Source: Selaginella moellendorffii (Eukaryota > Plantae > Lycopodiophyta). From it: 64,000 nt of DNA. The stretch lies in NCBI RefSeq assembly GCF_000143415.4, contig NW_003314320.1, forward strand, positions 1 through 64,000, read 5' to 3'. The translations under genes and the position numbers were made by a program. Shown piece by piece: positions 38,974 through 50,619 of the stretch. Numbering within the stretch: the first letter of the stretch is position 1; every line of letters begins with the position of its first letter. The notes under the pieces were generated by a model, which was not told the origin of the DNA, searched no databases, and saw only the letters and a list, made by a program, of their open reading frames with translations.

Positions 38974-41224
38974 GTGGCCTACCCACGAAAAGGAATAATT
39001 TGCAGTGGTCAAAATGCTCAAAAAATGGCAATACTACATTAGGAGTCACTTCAAAGTATACACAGATAATGTGGTAATGAAAAACTTTTTGTCACAGTTG
39101 AACTTACGAGGAAAATAGGGTTGGTGGGCCAATGCTTTGGCCAAGTTTAATTGTGAGATTCTATATAAACTTGGGAAGAGCAATATCGTGGTATGCTCTA
39201 AGTCTAAAAGTAAGCTTAAAATTGGCAATATCTAGCATGATAGAAACCTTTTGAGATAATATGTAGACAACACATGAAGATGATGGTCTAGCACAAGTGT
39301 TGCTAAGGAACCAAAATGCACGGGATGTTTGCTAAAGAGGCAAGCTACATAGGGAACAGAAAATAGATTATGTGGAATGCAATAAACTTATTTATTATAA
39401 GCAGATAAAAATGTATATTTCAAAAGGGGAACTAAGAAAGTAGCCTTTGAAAAGTGTCATGATAGACTTCTTGCAAAACATGGGTGGAGTGTCTAAGACG
39501 ATGGGCTTACTTAAGAGAATGTATCATTGGTTAGACATGGCTAAGAACATTCAATATTATGTAAAGACATATCTAATATATCAGTAGGTAAAAGCTGTAA
39601 TTAAGGCTAGTGGGGGATTGTTACAAAACCTCCCAATTCTAGATTGTCCATAGAAATGTCTTATGGTGGATTTCATCATGGGACTTCTCCTAAGTGAGGG
39701 GTTTGATGTGATATTCATACTGGTGGATTAATTTTCTAAGATGGCACATTTCATACCCACCACAATGGAAGTGGAAGCAAAAGGTGTGGTGAAGTTATTC
39801 TTTGAACAAGTGATTCGAATGTGGGGAAAGCCAAAAGAAATTATCTCAAACCGAGATAAAATTTTCACCAGTAGGTTCTAGAGAACTTTTTTAGAGTAGT
39901 ATCACACTAAGCTGAAATTCAACATAGCCCATCACCCACAAATAAATAGAGTATTGAGTTAAATATAATAGCAATGACACTTCTTGATAGATGAACAAAA
40001 AAAAAAGGTGAATAGGCAATTGGAGGATTATTTACGATGTTATATCTTCAGAGATTAAACTGATTGGGTAAGTTATTTGAAATTTGCAAAAATATGTTAT
40101 AACAACTCATCACATTCGAGTATTGGGATGAATCCATAGAAAATAATCAATGGATGAGCTATTGAAGGTTGCATAGAGCTCTATGTGGCCAAGTATCACG
40201 AAGAGTTACCCACAATAGAGGCGTTCATAGTGGAAAGGCTAAACATTTGGAATCTAGTGAGAGATTCTTTAGAACAGGCTCAACAAAAGCAAACGAAATA
40301 CGTGAATCACAAGTGCCAAGACGTAGAGTTCTAACTTGGGGAGAAGGTGTGGCTAAACACAAAGAACCTAAAGTTACTAAGTGGGATTAGTTGAAAGTTG
40401 ACCCAAACGTAAAATACATATATTCCTGGAAATGAACTGATCTTGAGTTCCTTAAGCAAAATTCATGGGGCTTTGTAAGATAGAGGCTCAAATTGGTAAG
40501 ATGGCTTACTACCTTTGACTTTCCTAAGAGATGGGGAAAATGCACCTTGTATTCCACATGAACTTACTCAAACTAGACTTGCTTCACAAGGACTAAATAA
40601 AACCCTTACCCAAAGTTAACAAAGGGGAGAAAGAATATGAGATTAAGCCCATCCTTAATGTATGTAAGAGCAAGCAATAGAAATGCAAAGTAAGGGAGTT
40701 CTATGTAAAGTGGAAAGTTGACTCTATGAAATAACATAGGAATTAAAGGAGAACTTGGTGAATATACAAGATCTAGTAGAAGAATTTTTGCAAGATAGAA
40801 CTTTATACACTTATGCAAAGTTCAATTAAAGTGTCCATTTATGAAATGGAGTAATGTCATATGTTCAAGAATCAAAGACGCGCCAAAGTTAAATTAATTA
40901 GCATGAGTTTAGTTAAGTTCACTAGGCATAAAGAGTTACACCTGACTCCCCGAGGGGATGTTAAATCTGTAGATATATTTTATGGAGGTTGAGTTCGAAT
41001 TCCAACCCTCTAGTAAAGAAAGGTTGGGTTCAAGTCCCAACTCTTTACTAGGGCAAGGTGAGGTGAGGACACCTATATCTTGTCATCATGGGCTTTTAGC
41101 TAGGGAGGCTGTCTTAGGCACATCGCTAAGTGGGGGGATACCCCTGAAGACATGGTCAATAAGTCATAGAATTAAATAAAGATATTTGATATGGGCATCG
41201 AACTTCTTCTAAGGGTGGTGGAGT

Positions 41225-41967
41225 TGTAAAGAACCAAACTCTCTAAGGTGTCATAGGCTAAAGGATCTTGAAATCATATCTAGAATAATAAAGATTTCAT
41301 TAGATGAGGCTGAGTTCAAGATCAAATATGAGACTAAGTTCAAGACCAAGTCCAAGATCTGAAATTAGGTCCGAGACTAAGTCCAAGATCTAAAATTGGG
41401 TCTAAGACCGAGTTTGAAATCGAGTTCAAAATTGAGTACTAAATTGAGTATGAAACTGAGTCCGAGACTAAATCCAAATATTAATACAGATCATGGCATG
41501 AAAGCCCAAAGTAATTGTCCCTCGGGGGGAAGGGCAAAGCGTTCCAAAAGTATAGTAGGGATAGTGAGGTTTAAGAATCAATTTTGAAAGAACTCTCCAA
41601 CAATGCTTCCAAACTAACTTAAAGTTGGGATTAGGGGTTAGGGGCTTTAGGTGGGAGTGAGCATGAACTCAAATGGTGCCAAAAAAACCATCTAAAGAAG
41701 TGCTTAAAAGTAGCTTCCACTCTTAGAAGGGAAATCAATTGTAATGCTCTCAGCTCATGTAGAGTGGTGCTTCATTTGACTACCATATAGCTCATTAATC
41801 CTCGTTCCTTGTTAAGAGCTTTGGCCTTCCCTTTGGGATGGAGGTGGGGGAGTAGGGGTACCCATATTGAGCCATTTCCCCCTAAGGTCTTGAAATAAGA
41901 GATGCATTTAAGACTTGGGATTTAAAGGGTCTTATGATTAAGTCTTGTTGTAGCAAGGGATGTTACA
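41225..41967 (+). repeat. Putative 3' LTR of element C with a degenerate 6/12-bp tandem array (41310-41480)
   Basis: Starts TGTAA right after the PPT and ends TTACA; shares a ~70-bp block with B LTRs. No second LTR is available to confirm the right end. Confidence 0.5.
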
Positions 41968-43959
41968 AACCTAGAAGTTTAGTGTGCTTAGTTATTTGTG
42001 CCTGTAAGGAGTGTAATTGAATTTTAAGTCTAATCTCACCCAAGGAGGGGGATTATGAGAGAATTTAAGAATCCATGGATAGATGGCTAACACTTCATTT
42101 CTTGTGTAATGAGTAATTGAATCCAAGTAAAACCAAATAGGAGTTAGTACAATAGGCAAGAATCTTAATAAAGGAACTTAACTAATGTTAAGGTAGTGAT
42201 GGTTGGATAAACAAGGTAAATTGGCAAATTGAAAAGGAAAAATTTATGGTTTACATGTTGTTATGAATCACAACCTATAATGATATAGAATCGAGAGAAT
42301 GATCGAAATGCTGGCAAAGAAAACTTTTTAAAACAAGACTTTGGGAGAAAGAAAGTGGTGGGTGATCTTGATAATGCAGAAGAAAGCTCTTCATTTTGTT
42401 GCTTTTAAGTTTTGGAAGTTTGAACTTTTATGATAAGGTTTATGAAAAGTATAAAAAGACTATATTATTGTATAATATTAAAAGTCTATATTGTCTTACA
42501 ATATATATATACTAGATTCAAAAATATGCTTAAAGTTATCACAGAATAAAAAGAAATATCACCTCAAATGTGTCATTACTAATATGCAATTATGTGAAAA
42601 GTAAAAAAGAATTTATTCTAGGATCTAACATTGATTAACACTTTTATAATAAAGTCTATGTGAAGTATAGAGTACTATGTTGTACAATGTTAAAAGTAAG
42701 CATATATTGAAATAAAAAACATGCTCAAAGTTATTATATAGACTAACTTTTTGTAGAACGGAAAGCAATATCACCTCAAACATGTGCCATAATGTGAAAG
42801 ATATGAATGATTTTATTATAGGATCTACCATCGATCAACTGTTGCAAAAAGAACTTATATAGTAGAAATATTTTAGTCTTAAATATTGTAGATATATTCA
42901 ATACTTGATTAAAGCCAGAAATCATCACATTCTTCTATACTTATTTCAATATATTCTATCTATATACTACCATCTATCACCTATAATAGATTATCTGTCA
43001 CATTACTTTGGAAATAACACCTCAATGGGATAAGAATAATACAAATATGTATAATAAGAAAAATATTTATAAAAAAAATTAATTTAAGAACCTTATATTT
43101 TATGACAAGATTCTATGATATGCCAGATATGACATGCTAGACACAACATGACAGAAAACCTGACTCAAGTCCCATAATTTTGTAATGCCATCAATTCAAT
43201 GCCATCAATGTAAATTGGGACTTATAATTTTGTAATGCCATCAATTCAACACATATAGCTATCACATTATTTTCACATTATGGAACAGACACACCTTTAT
43301 TATTAGGTTATAACACAAAAGTATTTTGTCACGTCATCAAATCTAGAAAGGAGTAGAAATTGTAGATTACTAGCAAATAATTGGGAACGACTTAGTGGGA
43401 TCTATAGACTTCAAGAACAATGCCATAAAGAGTAAATCATTATTTTTTGCCTCCCCCTTGTAGTGCTGCCTCGATCTGCATTGCTCAACACCACCTCCTC
43501 ACATGCCTTTATGTCACCACCTCCATACTTGCCATGTCAATCAGGTTTTACTTATTTATTCTCTATAAAACCATAAAGTCTAGTTTCAACATGCCCGAAA
43601 TTGGAAAAGAGCAGATAGAGGGTGAAGGGGCTAAAGCCAAACTAAAGCTCAAGTTCATGTTTATCATGGTCCATGTGGTTAAAGTCCTTGGTGGGGAGTT
43701 TGAGGGACTTGAGGAAGTACATGTTCCGTCGCTCCTGGATAAGTGGTACCAGAGTTATAATGGTGGTTTCCATGTCCATTCATCTTTGCCAACCTCACTT
43801 CTGTGTCTAAAAAATGGCTAGAGAGCTCGTTCTTGAGCTATCTTTCCTTCGTTCCCTCTTTTTGTCAAAATGTCCACTCTGAATGCCAGTGCAACAATCA
43901 ATTGTGACCAAACCTTTATGATTGTTGCTGAGTTAAGGGGTTCCTATTGTTAAACATCC

Positions 43960-44470
43960 TGGCACAATGGGCCTTCCACACTTGCCATGTGAACTAGGCT
44001 GCACTAGCTAGGATGGCATGCTATGTGGGCCAGATGAGGTTGGGCCAGGTGCCTTGCCATGCCGTGCAAGCTGGGATTGGCACTGCTAGGGCCAGAACGA
44101 GCTAGCACCTTGCCATGCCACATGGGCTGCACAAGCCAAGCTAAGCACCTCCAAGGCTAGGACAAGGTTGAGCTAGGCACCACACTACACCACGCAGGTT
44201 GGGCAAGTGCCTTGGCACTCCTAGTATGCCGCTGCTCGTGCTTGATATACCAGTATACCAGTATGCTGGCACCTACCACCATGCTGTGTAGGTTGGGCCT
44301 GGACGAGTGCCTTGGCACACCATGTAGGCTAGGCAAGTGTCAGGCAAGGCACGTTGTGAGCTAGGCTGGGTGCCTCACCCGCTACCGCCTGCTCCTAGTA
44401 TGCCAACATAGTGATTAGCCTATGCACAGTGAGGCATAGATTGCACTATACTGGGTACTAGGCCCATTGT
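43960..44470. repeat. GC-rich patch of short repeats (GGCAC/GTGCC, GCTAGG, CCTTGCCATG), like DNA-transposon subterminal repeats
   Basis: Motifs repeated in both orientations within AT-rich surroundings. Confidence 0.45.
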
Positions 44471-44518
44471 TGCTTGCACTCGATATGCCAACGTACTAGT
44501 GAATATAGGCCAAGCACG

Positions 44519-45101
44519 TGTAAGCTTCTGAATTTAGACTTATCAAGATGTCATTCAACTCAATACTACTCAAACCCAAAGATGCTTAACTTTCAGTATC
44601 CCAAGACCTTTAACCAATTGAAAAAAAGAGTGCACTTTTGTTCATGGGCTCTTTATCTTTATATTTAAACCTTAATGAATAGTTTTTTAAGTCATTCCTT
44701 TTAATTATTTACAATTTACCATGCTTCCCTACAAGTTTATGCCCTCATAAATGAAAGTTGAGAGTTGCAACTCTCCTAAGAACCTTGCTATCTTGACAAC
44801 TTACCCTTGTTTAGCCGGAGGCAAACTAAACCTACCTAATATCAATTTTAACATATGGTGTGATTCCCTTAGCAAACCAACAAAGTTAAACCCAAAACCG
44901 CTCTAATACCAAATGGAAGTTTTTGAATTTAGGAGGTCATCTAGCTCAGTACTACTTAAACCCAAGGATGCTTAACCCCAAGTATCTTAACACCCTTAAA
45001 AAATTGGAAAAAAAAGGTGCACTTTTGTTCATAAGCTTATTACTTTTATATTTGAACCCCTATGGATTATCTCTCAAAATCATTCCTTTTGACTATTTAC
45101 A
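44519..45101 (-). mobile_element. Old Cassandra-like TRIM with 5S-rRNA-derived LTRs
   Basis: Diverged direct repeats 44519-44713 and 44914-45101; degenerate tRNA-Met PBS GCTCTAATACCA at 44900-44911; ~200-bp interior. The LTR minus strand GTTAAGCATCCTTGGGTTTAAGTAGTACTGAGCTAGATGACCTCCT matches the 5S A-box/IE/C-box region. Confidence 0.8.
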
Positions 45102-46862
45102 CAACACTATTATAGTTGAATGATTAGAGTGTAAGTGAACACTACTTTTTTAGGAGTTCCACTCCTACTTTCAACTTTCTAAGTTGGAGTTTTTAGTTCA
45201 AACATGTTATGCTCATTAAACTTCCATTTTGACCATTGCTATATAACACCATTTTGGCTTCACTTTGGGGGATAAGGATTTGTGTCTCACATAGGGTTTT
45301 TTCTCTTGGGTCTGGGTGAAGGTGGATAGTATTAGGATTTGCAACATTCTAAATCCAAGGAGATTAGAATTTTTGGATCTCCAATTAAAATATAAGGCTG
45401 CAATCATGCTAAAGTGAATGTAAAGCAAAAGTTGATTGTCATCATTTTCTCCTATTTTAGTTCTAGTGGAGATGCCCATATAATGCTAACCACGAATTTG
45501 CCAACTCCAACTTCATTGATATTCAAAGCTATTTATAACGTTTTTTAGTTTTCTTGCCCTTCTATCAACATGCACTCGTTTTTTGCATAGGTTTGTAAGT
45601 GAGCTTCAATCCACATGTAATGGCAACATCTTCTTTGAGCTATCACCTCTTATTAGTTCAAAACAAAAGGGGATGGAGGTCAAGCAAGACATCTATAGCT
45701 AGTACAAAATCAAAACCACACACTTCAAACATTTTAAATACACAGTATTTATAGTTCATTCTAGTGGGTATTTAGATTGCATGAAAAAGGCATGCAATTG
45801 AGAGTATGGTAAAAATTTCATATTTTTTGAAGGATTTGTAATCAATCCTCCTATCCGTGACACCATTAATATTAAATTCAAGTGTCAGTTTTGCAAAAAT
45901 GTTTTATTATATCATGCCATTTGCAACTTTCTTCCATAGGATAGAGAGGCTTGAAGATATTATAATGATAAAATCTAATGTAGTACCTAAAGAATGGTCG
46001 GTTGATACTGGGGTTGCGTTCACTTTATATGAGATTAAAAATCTTAAGAAATCTTGTTTTAATCTTGAGAGGAAGAGAGTTGAAAACATGAGTAATAGAA
46101 CTAACACTATTCCCATAGAGATGTATAGAAGACTTGTAAGAAAAGGTAAGGTAATTAAATTTATTAAGGTAAAATAAGTTTAGTTTAGACATTTGAGTGT
46201 GAGATTCTTTTCATGAAGTACATCACTGCGCTAGCAAAAAAGTATACTATAAAAACAAAAAGTGAAGAGTATATAATTATCATTTAAGACTTTTCTTCTT
46301 GCTCATGTTCAAACTTTATAAAATGCAAGGAACATAAAAAGGCATATACTCCTTGCAAGCATATATACTATGTCTTAATTAACATTTTGCATTATATAGT
46401 GGATACTTACTATTGTTGAGTTATAAAAGATTTTAGAGGTAATTAGATTATGTGTATTCTCTACCAATATTAGAAACTTTTATATTTTATATAATTATTA
46501 GAAATACATACTTTTCATTTTATATACTTTTTATTTTTAATTTTTTTAAATTTTATATACAAGAGTTCTTTTTGCAATAATGCCCATAATATTCATGTTT
46601 CTCATAGATGCATAGCCTTCCAAAAGAATCTTAATTCAAAAGAATCTTAATTCAGACATGATAATTTATAAAAAGCAGAATGGATCTAAATCTTATCTTA
46701 TTTACAATTCTGATGAACCTATATATTTTGGCACATAGAATATTGATAAGAAATCTCTTACAAAATATTTTTATTAATAAACAGATGTTAAAATATATTG
46801 CAAAGTTAGGTTTGCCATGAACCTTAACTTCTGAAACTTTGTAATATTTTTATTGAACTACA

Positions 46863-47462
46863 TTAGTCAGCTCGTGAATTAAAAGGGTTATAAAATGACC
46901 CAACGCTTAACACATGCCAGATGCAATTTTTGCCGACTACAATGTCCATTTTCAGATGCAGAATGTCTTGGGAGCTTTTAAAGCTCCCCAGGAGCAATTC
47001 TGCTTCGGATTGGTATTCTCCAGTCCTCGAAGCTGCAGGCTTTTTCACTTCGATGAGAGCCCTCAGGCCGTCAATCGCTGTCCCTGCTAGGATAGATTGC
47101 ACCAAGCAGATGGCGGCATCGGAAGTGCCACTGAAATCGGCTGAGAACACTGCACTGCTCACGGAGAGCCACTGCTGGTGCCTTGTCGCGGCGAACCACC
47201 CAAATTTTGGGGGCAACTTGACGTGGTCCTTCAGATGGTCCAGGTAGGAGGCTGTTTGTGAGCCTTCCCCGACGATGCTCCACGTATACGGAGGAAGTGG
47301 GCTCGGCACTATTCTGTCCTCTTCGGCCAAAACCACCTCCCTCACCAGTCGGCCACGCCGGAGGACACAAACCGCATCGTACGATACATGGGAGACTTGG
47401 TAGTGTGGCCTACGCTCACCTCCTCTTCTTCCTCTTCTTTCTTCCTCTTCATTTTCACAATT
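46863..47462 (-). pseudogene. Crinkler-type PD-(D/E)xK restriction-endonuclease-fold ORF (no in-frame ATG, C-terminus truncated)
   Basis: PPYTW..E..Q..YL..L, SGTSD, LIEVKK and YQSEAELL motifs. Confidence 0.6.
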
Positions 47463-47492
47463 CTAGGGTTCTTTGGTGTTCCTTTTGTGATC

Positions 47493-50019
47493 ATGGCGGC
47501 TGTGGGGTACTTGTACAAGCGGCTGTATGCGGGTGCGCCACCTCAATGGCAGTTGATAGATGTTGGCCGACATGTCCGTGCAGCATCCCAGGTATGCTAT
47601 TTTGTGCTTGGTGTCTTACCCTGAATCCCTTGCAGCATGGCGCGGCTGCCATCGAGGAGAAGATGTATGTGGTAGGAGGATGCTGCACGGACCGATACTT
47701 GAACGATGTGCTGGTGAGTTAAGTATCTTTCTCAGGTTCTTAGTAACACTCTCGTGGAGGTTTTCGATTTGGGAGGCTTGAGGTGGTCGACAGCCCAACC
47801 TTGTCCCGTGTCGTGCGCCGGCCATTCCGTGGTGAGTGAGGCTATTCTTCAAGTTGTTTATAGGGGGCTTTGCTTAAACACGGTCGACGAGCTTTGCAGG
47901 TAGCAAGTGGAAAAACGCTCTTACTCGTTGTTGGCATTCCGTCTGATGAAAAGATGCGCGGTACTGTGTGGCTTTTGTTTTCCTCCTTTCCATGCCTTGG
48001 GCTCATCAATCTCCGTGTATGCAGTGTACCAATTTGACACGAATCAGTGGTCACGTTTGAAGACGGGGGGAGACACTCCGGTAAGCAAGCATTCTAGATG
48101 TTTTAGCTTGTCGTTAAATCTTCAAGTCATAGGCTGCAACTCGCGGTCACTCCACCACCCTGATCGGGAGCAAAATATGGGTGTATGGCGGTGTGGATTT
48201 TCATGGTCAGCTGCGCCGTGAGCTACATGCACTCGATCTGGGAAGCAATCAGTGGGAGCTGATCGAAGCACGGTAATATATCAATCCGCAATTCCTGTTT
48301 TACTTGCGGCCTCCATGGCAGTGGCGTCATCCCACCAGCGCTTTCTTTCCATGCTGCTGTGCATGAGGGCAACCATCTGTACCTTTTCGGAGCTGGCTCA
48401 TCAGGCTTCTGCAAGAACCTATACGCACTGGATCTCGTAGAGGTATGCACGGAGTAAGACGCAACTCTGATGGTGTCGCCAAATTGTTTTGCAGAGAGAA
48501 TGGTCCAGGTATCCAGATCAAGGTCCTGCCCTCGTGCCTGCCGCACGTTTTGCAACTGCAGTCACTGAAAACCAGTGCTATGTTGTTGGTGGTAAATTTG
48601 GCTTTCTGCTGCTCCGTTTATACCTCATATATCTATAACAGGCTCTACGAAAGAAACCATGCTACTGAACATGGAGTCTTTGGAGTGGACTGTAGTGTGT
48701 GCCGAACCTCGTTTGGCTACTGAGGTAAGTGCTTAAGTTGCACTTGTCTCTCTGACTACTAAGTCTACGTAACGTGTAGAGCCTGAGCTTGGTGCACGCA
48801 AGAATCAAAGGTCGAGGCGCTCTGGTTGCTTCAGGGGGGAATCCGGTACGTGTGTGTTCCGTCTTGGACGCCGCAAGGGCGTGTTCTTGACAATGAACTC
48901 CAAGATTTTAGCTCTATGTGTTGGCCGCTCACCCGATTGATCCTCTGCCCTTCTTGCCTGCAGTTTAGCGTCTTTCTACTCAAGACTATGAAGTCATATC
49001 CGGTGCTTCCGCATCCGATGGGCAAGTGCCAGGTGAGGAGCGTAGACGGGCCACTTCTGGAGCTGTTTGAGATTCCAGACGCAGGAGAGCAGGCCCTTAA
49101 GATTATAGACAGGCTTTGGACCAAGGTGGGGAACGGAGGCGACTTGGTGAGGGACGGCCGTCCTCTGGAACGTGACGATGTCATCTTTCCAGGAGACGAG
49201 CTAACATTCCGCCCGAATGATTTTGTTGGAATACGTGGTAGCATTCATCACCAGGTCTGTGAGGTCCGTCTCATGGCACTTGGAGGCTGTCAGCTAGTCC
49301 TCGCCGCGGCGAAGATCGAGCTCATTAGAGGGGAAGGGTGGCTAGAACCGCGGGAGGAAATTGAGAGCCAAGCCTTCGCAGGGTGGAATAGCAGGAGGCC
49401 AGGGGACACGATGGAGTACCTGGTGGAGGGTGCTAAAGTTCCCCGTTTTTACAGGCTGGAGCATGTAGCTAACGATGAGGGCACATTCATGGAGGAGATA
49501 TCGACCACAACCCCGGACGAGTTCCCCTACACCCTCTGCTTCAAACTGGACGCGATGCTCATGCACATGAGTGTGGCCGAGGACATCATCACGGGCTACT
49601 ATATGAAGGAAGAGATTGGCGAGGTGGACATCTGGAGGGCTCTCGTGATGTTGGTGGGAGTGAACATCAGATGCCGCACCCTCAAGCCGTGGATGGTGAT
49701 CACGGACCTCAAAGACGAATGGCACTTCGCGTGGATGGACTGGCCACGCATGTACGTGTGCAAGGCGTGGAGCAGGAGCCAGGGACTGGGGATTCTCTGT
49801 GACCTGTGCCACGACTACAACCTGGTAACCTCGCCTGAGACGAAGGGCTGTCTCTCGAACCTGCCTAGCATCTTCACTCGCGCTTGTCCGGGGTTCAAAT
49901 GGGATATGGATGAGGAGACGCGGGTGATGTTCGCCCCTCGCCCGCCTGTCTATCATAGGTGTGCTGAAACTGGCAGGGCACTCAAGCAATATAGACCTGA
50001 GGAGCTTATTTATAGGTGA
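47493..50019 (+). CDS. Kelch-repeat (ACBP4/5-like) protein fused to a Crinkler-like ubiquitin-like + REase-fold C-terminus, ~642 aa, 11 exons
   Basis: Exons 47493-47591, 47636-47713, 47760-47831, 47900-47960, 48025-48080, 48133-48272, 48322-48442, 48495-48591, 48642-48724, 48780-48845, 48964-50019 splice to 1929 nt with no stop. Kelch motifs HGAAAIEEKMYVVGG, GHSTTLIGSKIWVYGG, HAAVHEGNHLYLFG. Last exon contains PWMVITDLKDEWHFAW. Confidence 0.8.
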
Positions 50020-50102
50020 TCAGTTGCTGTACCATTGCAATCTTAGTGAGTATTTCTTATCCTCCTCAAACAAACTGTCTTGGATATTGAGTCTTTGTAT
50101 TG

Positions 50103-50162
50103 GTCTGGGCCATGACTCTCAAGGACAAGGCCAAGGCAGGGGTCACCATTCGCCGCTTTTAG
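50103..50162 (+). pseudogene. DUF4419 3'-end remnant D3 (start of duplication copy 2)
   Basis: GTCTGGGCCATGACTCTCAAGGACAAGGCCAAGGCAGGGGTCACCATTCGCCGCTTTTAG is nearly identical to the D1 end, and the following 3' flank also matches. Confidence 0.9.
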
Positions 50163-50619
50163 CCTGCATGCCTCCTATCAGGTGGTTTAAACGCTTAAAA
50201 ACTGTTTATTAAGTTATCAAGAGATGATTGTATGTGTGAACTACATGCGCCAGGAGCTGGATCAGCAGGCTCGCTGAAAGAGCTGAAGTGGAGCTTATAT
50301 ATTTATGCTTAAAAATTCAAAGATCCCAGAGCACTAAACTTCCAAGAACACCAACACTGAAACGCTGGATCTTGCTTGTGCCAAGGAGTTTCACAGCCCG
50401 GCTTTTGCGGGCCACTGTCTCGCAAGCTCATCATAAAGCTCATGGGAAGCAAATGAAAATTCCAAGTGAAAGAGCTGTGGGTAAACTCTTTTTGTTGATC
50501 AATCCATCTTTGGATATTTATTCGCTTTTTCCATGTTGTTAGGTTTTAAGGATATTTCTAAGAAAGAAGAAGGTTTATATTTCTAGCAATCCAAACAGTA
50601 ACTTTTATGCTTGCTAAAT

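Larger units (their letters stand above)
31300..41967 (+). mobile_element. Decayed chromoviral Ty3/gypsy element C (5' part missing), split by B2
   Basis: RNase H ..DFEVEID..SKKLNKF*RK|WPTHEKE across the B2 insertion; integrase (MVDFIMGL, IISNRD, HHPQ); chromodomain EYEIKPILN..EFYVKWK..T*ELKENL..LVEEF at 40633-40795; PPT at 41211-41223. Confidence 0.8.

Noticed and set aside
41310-41480. Regularly spaced short repeats resembling a CRISPR or coding repeat
   Set aside because: Degenerate 6/12-bp minisatellite without unique spacers, inside a putative LTR of a eukaryote.
44931-44976. 5S rRNA gene
   Set aside because: Only a ~46-bp diverged internal segment within LTRs, lacking 5S ends and terminator.
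45216-46250. AT-rich ORFs 45216-45479 and 45857-46177
   Set aside because: No motif I can support in any frame.
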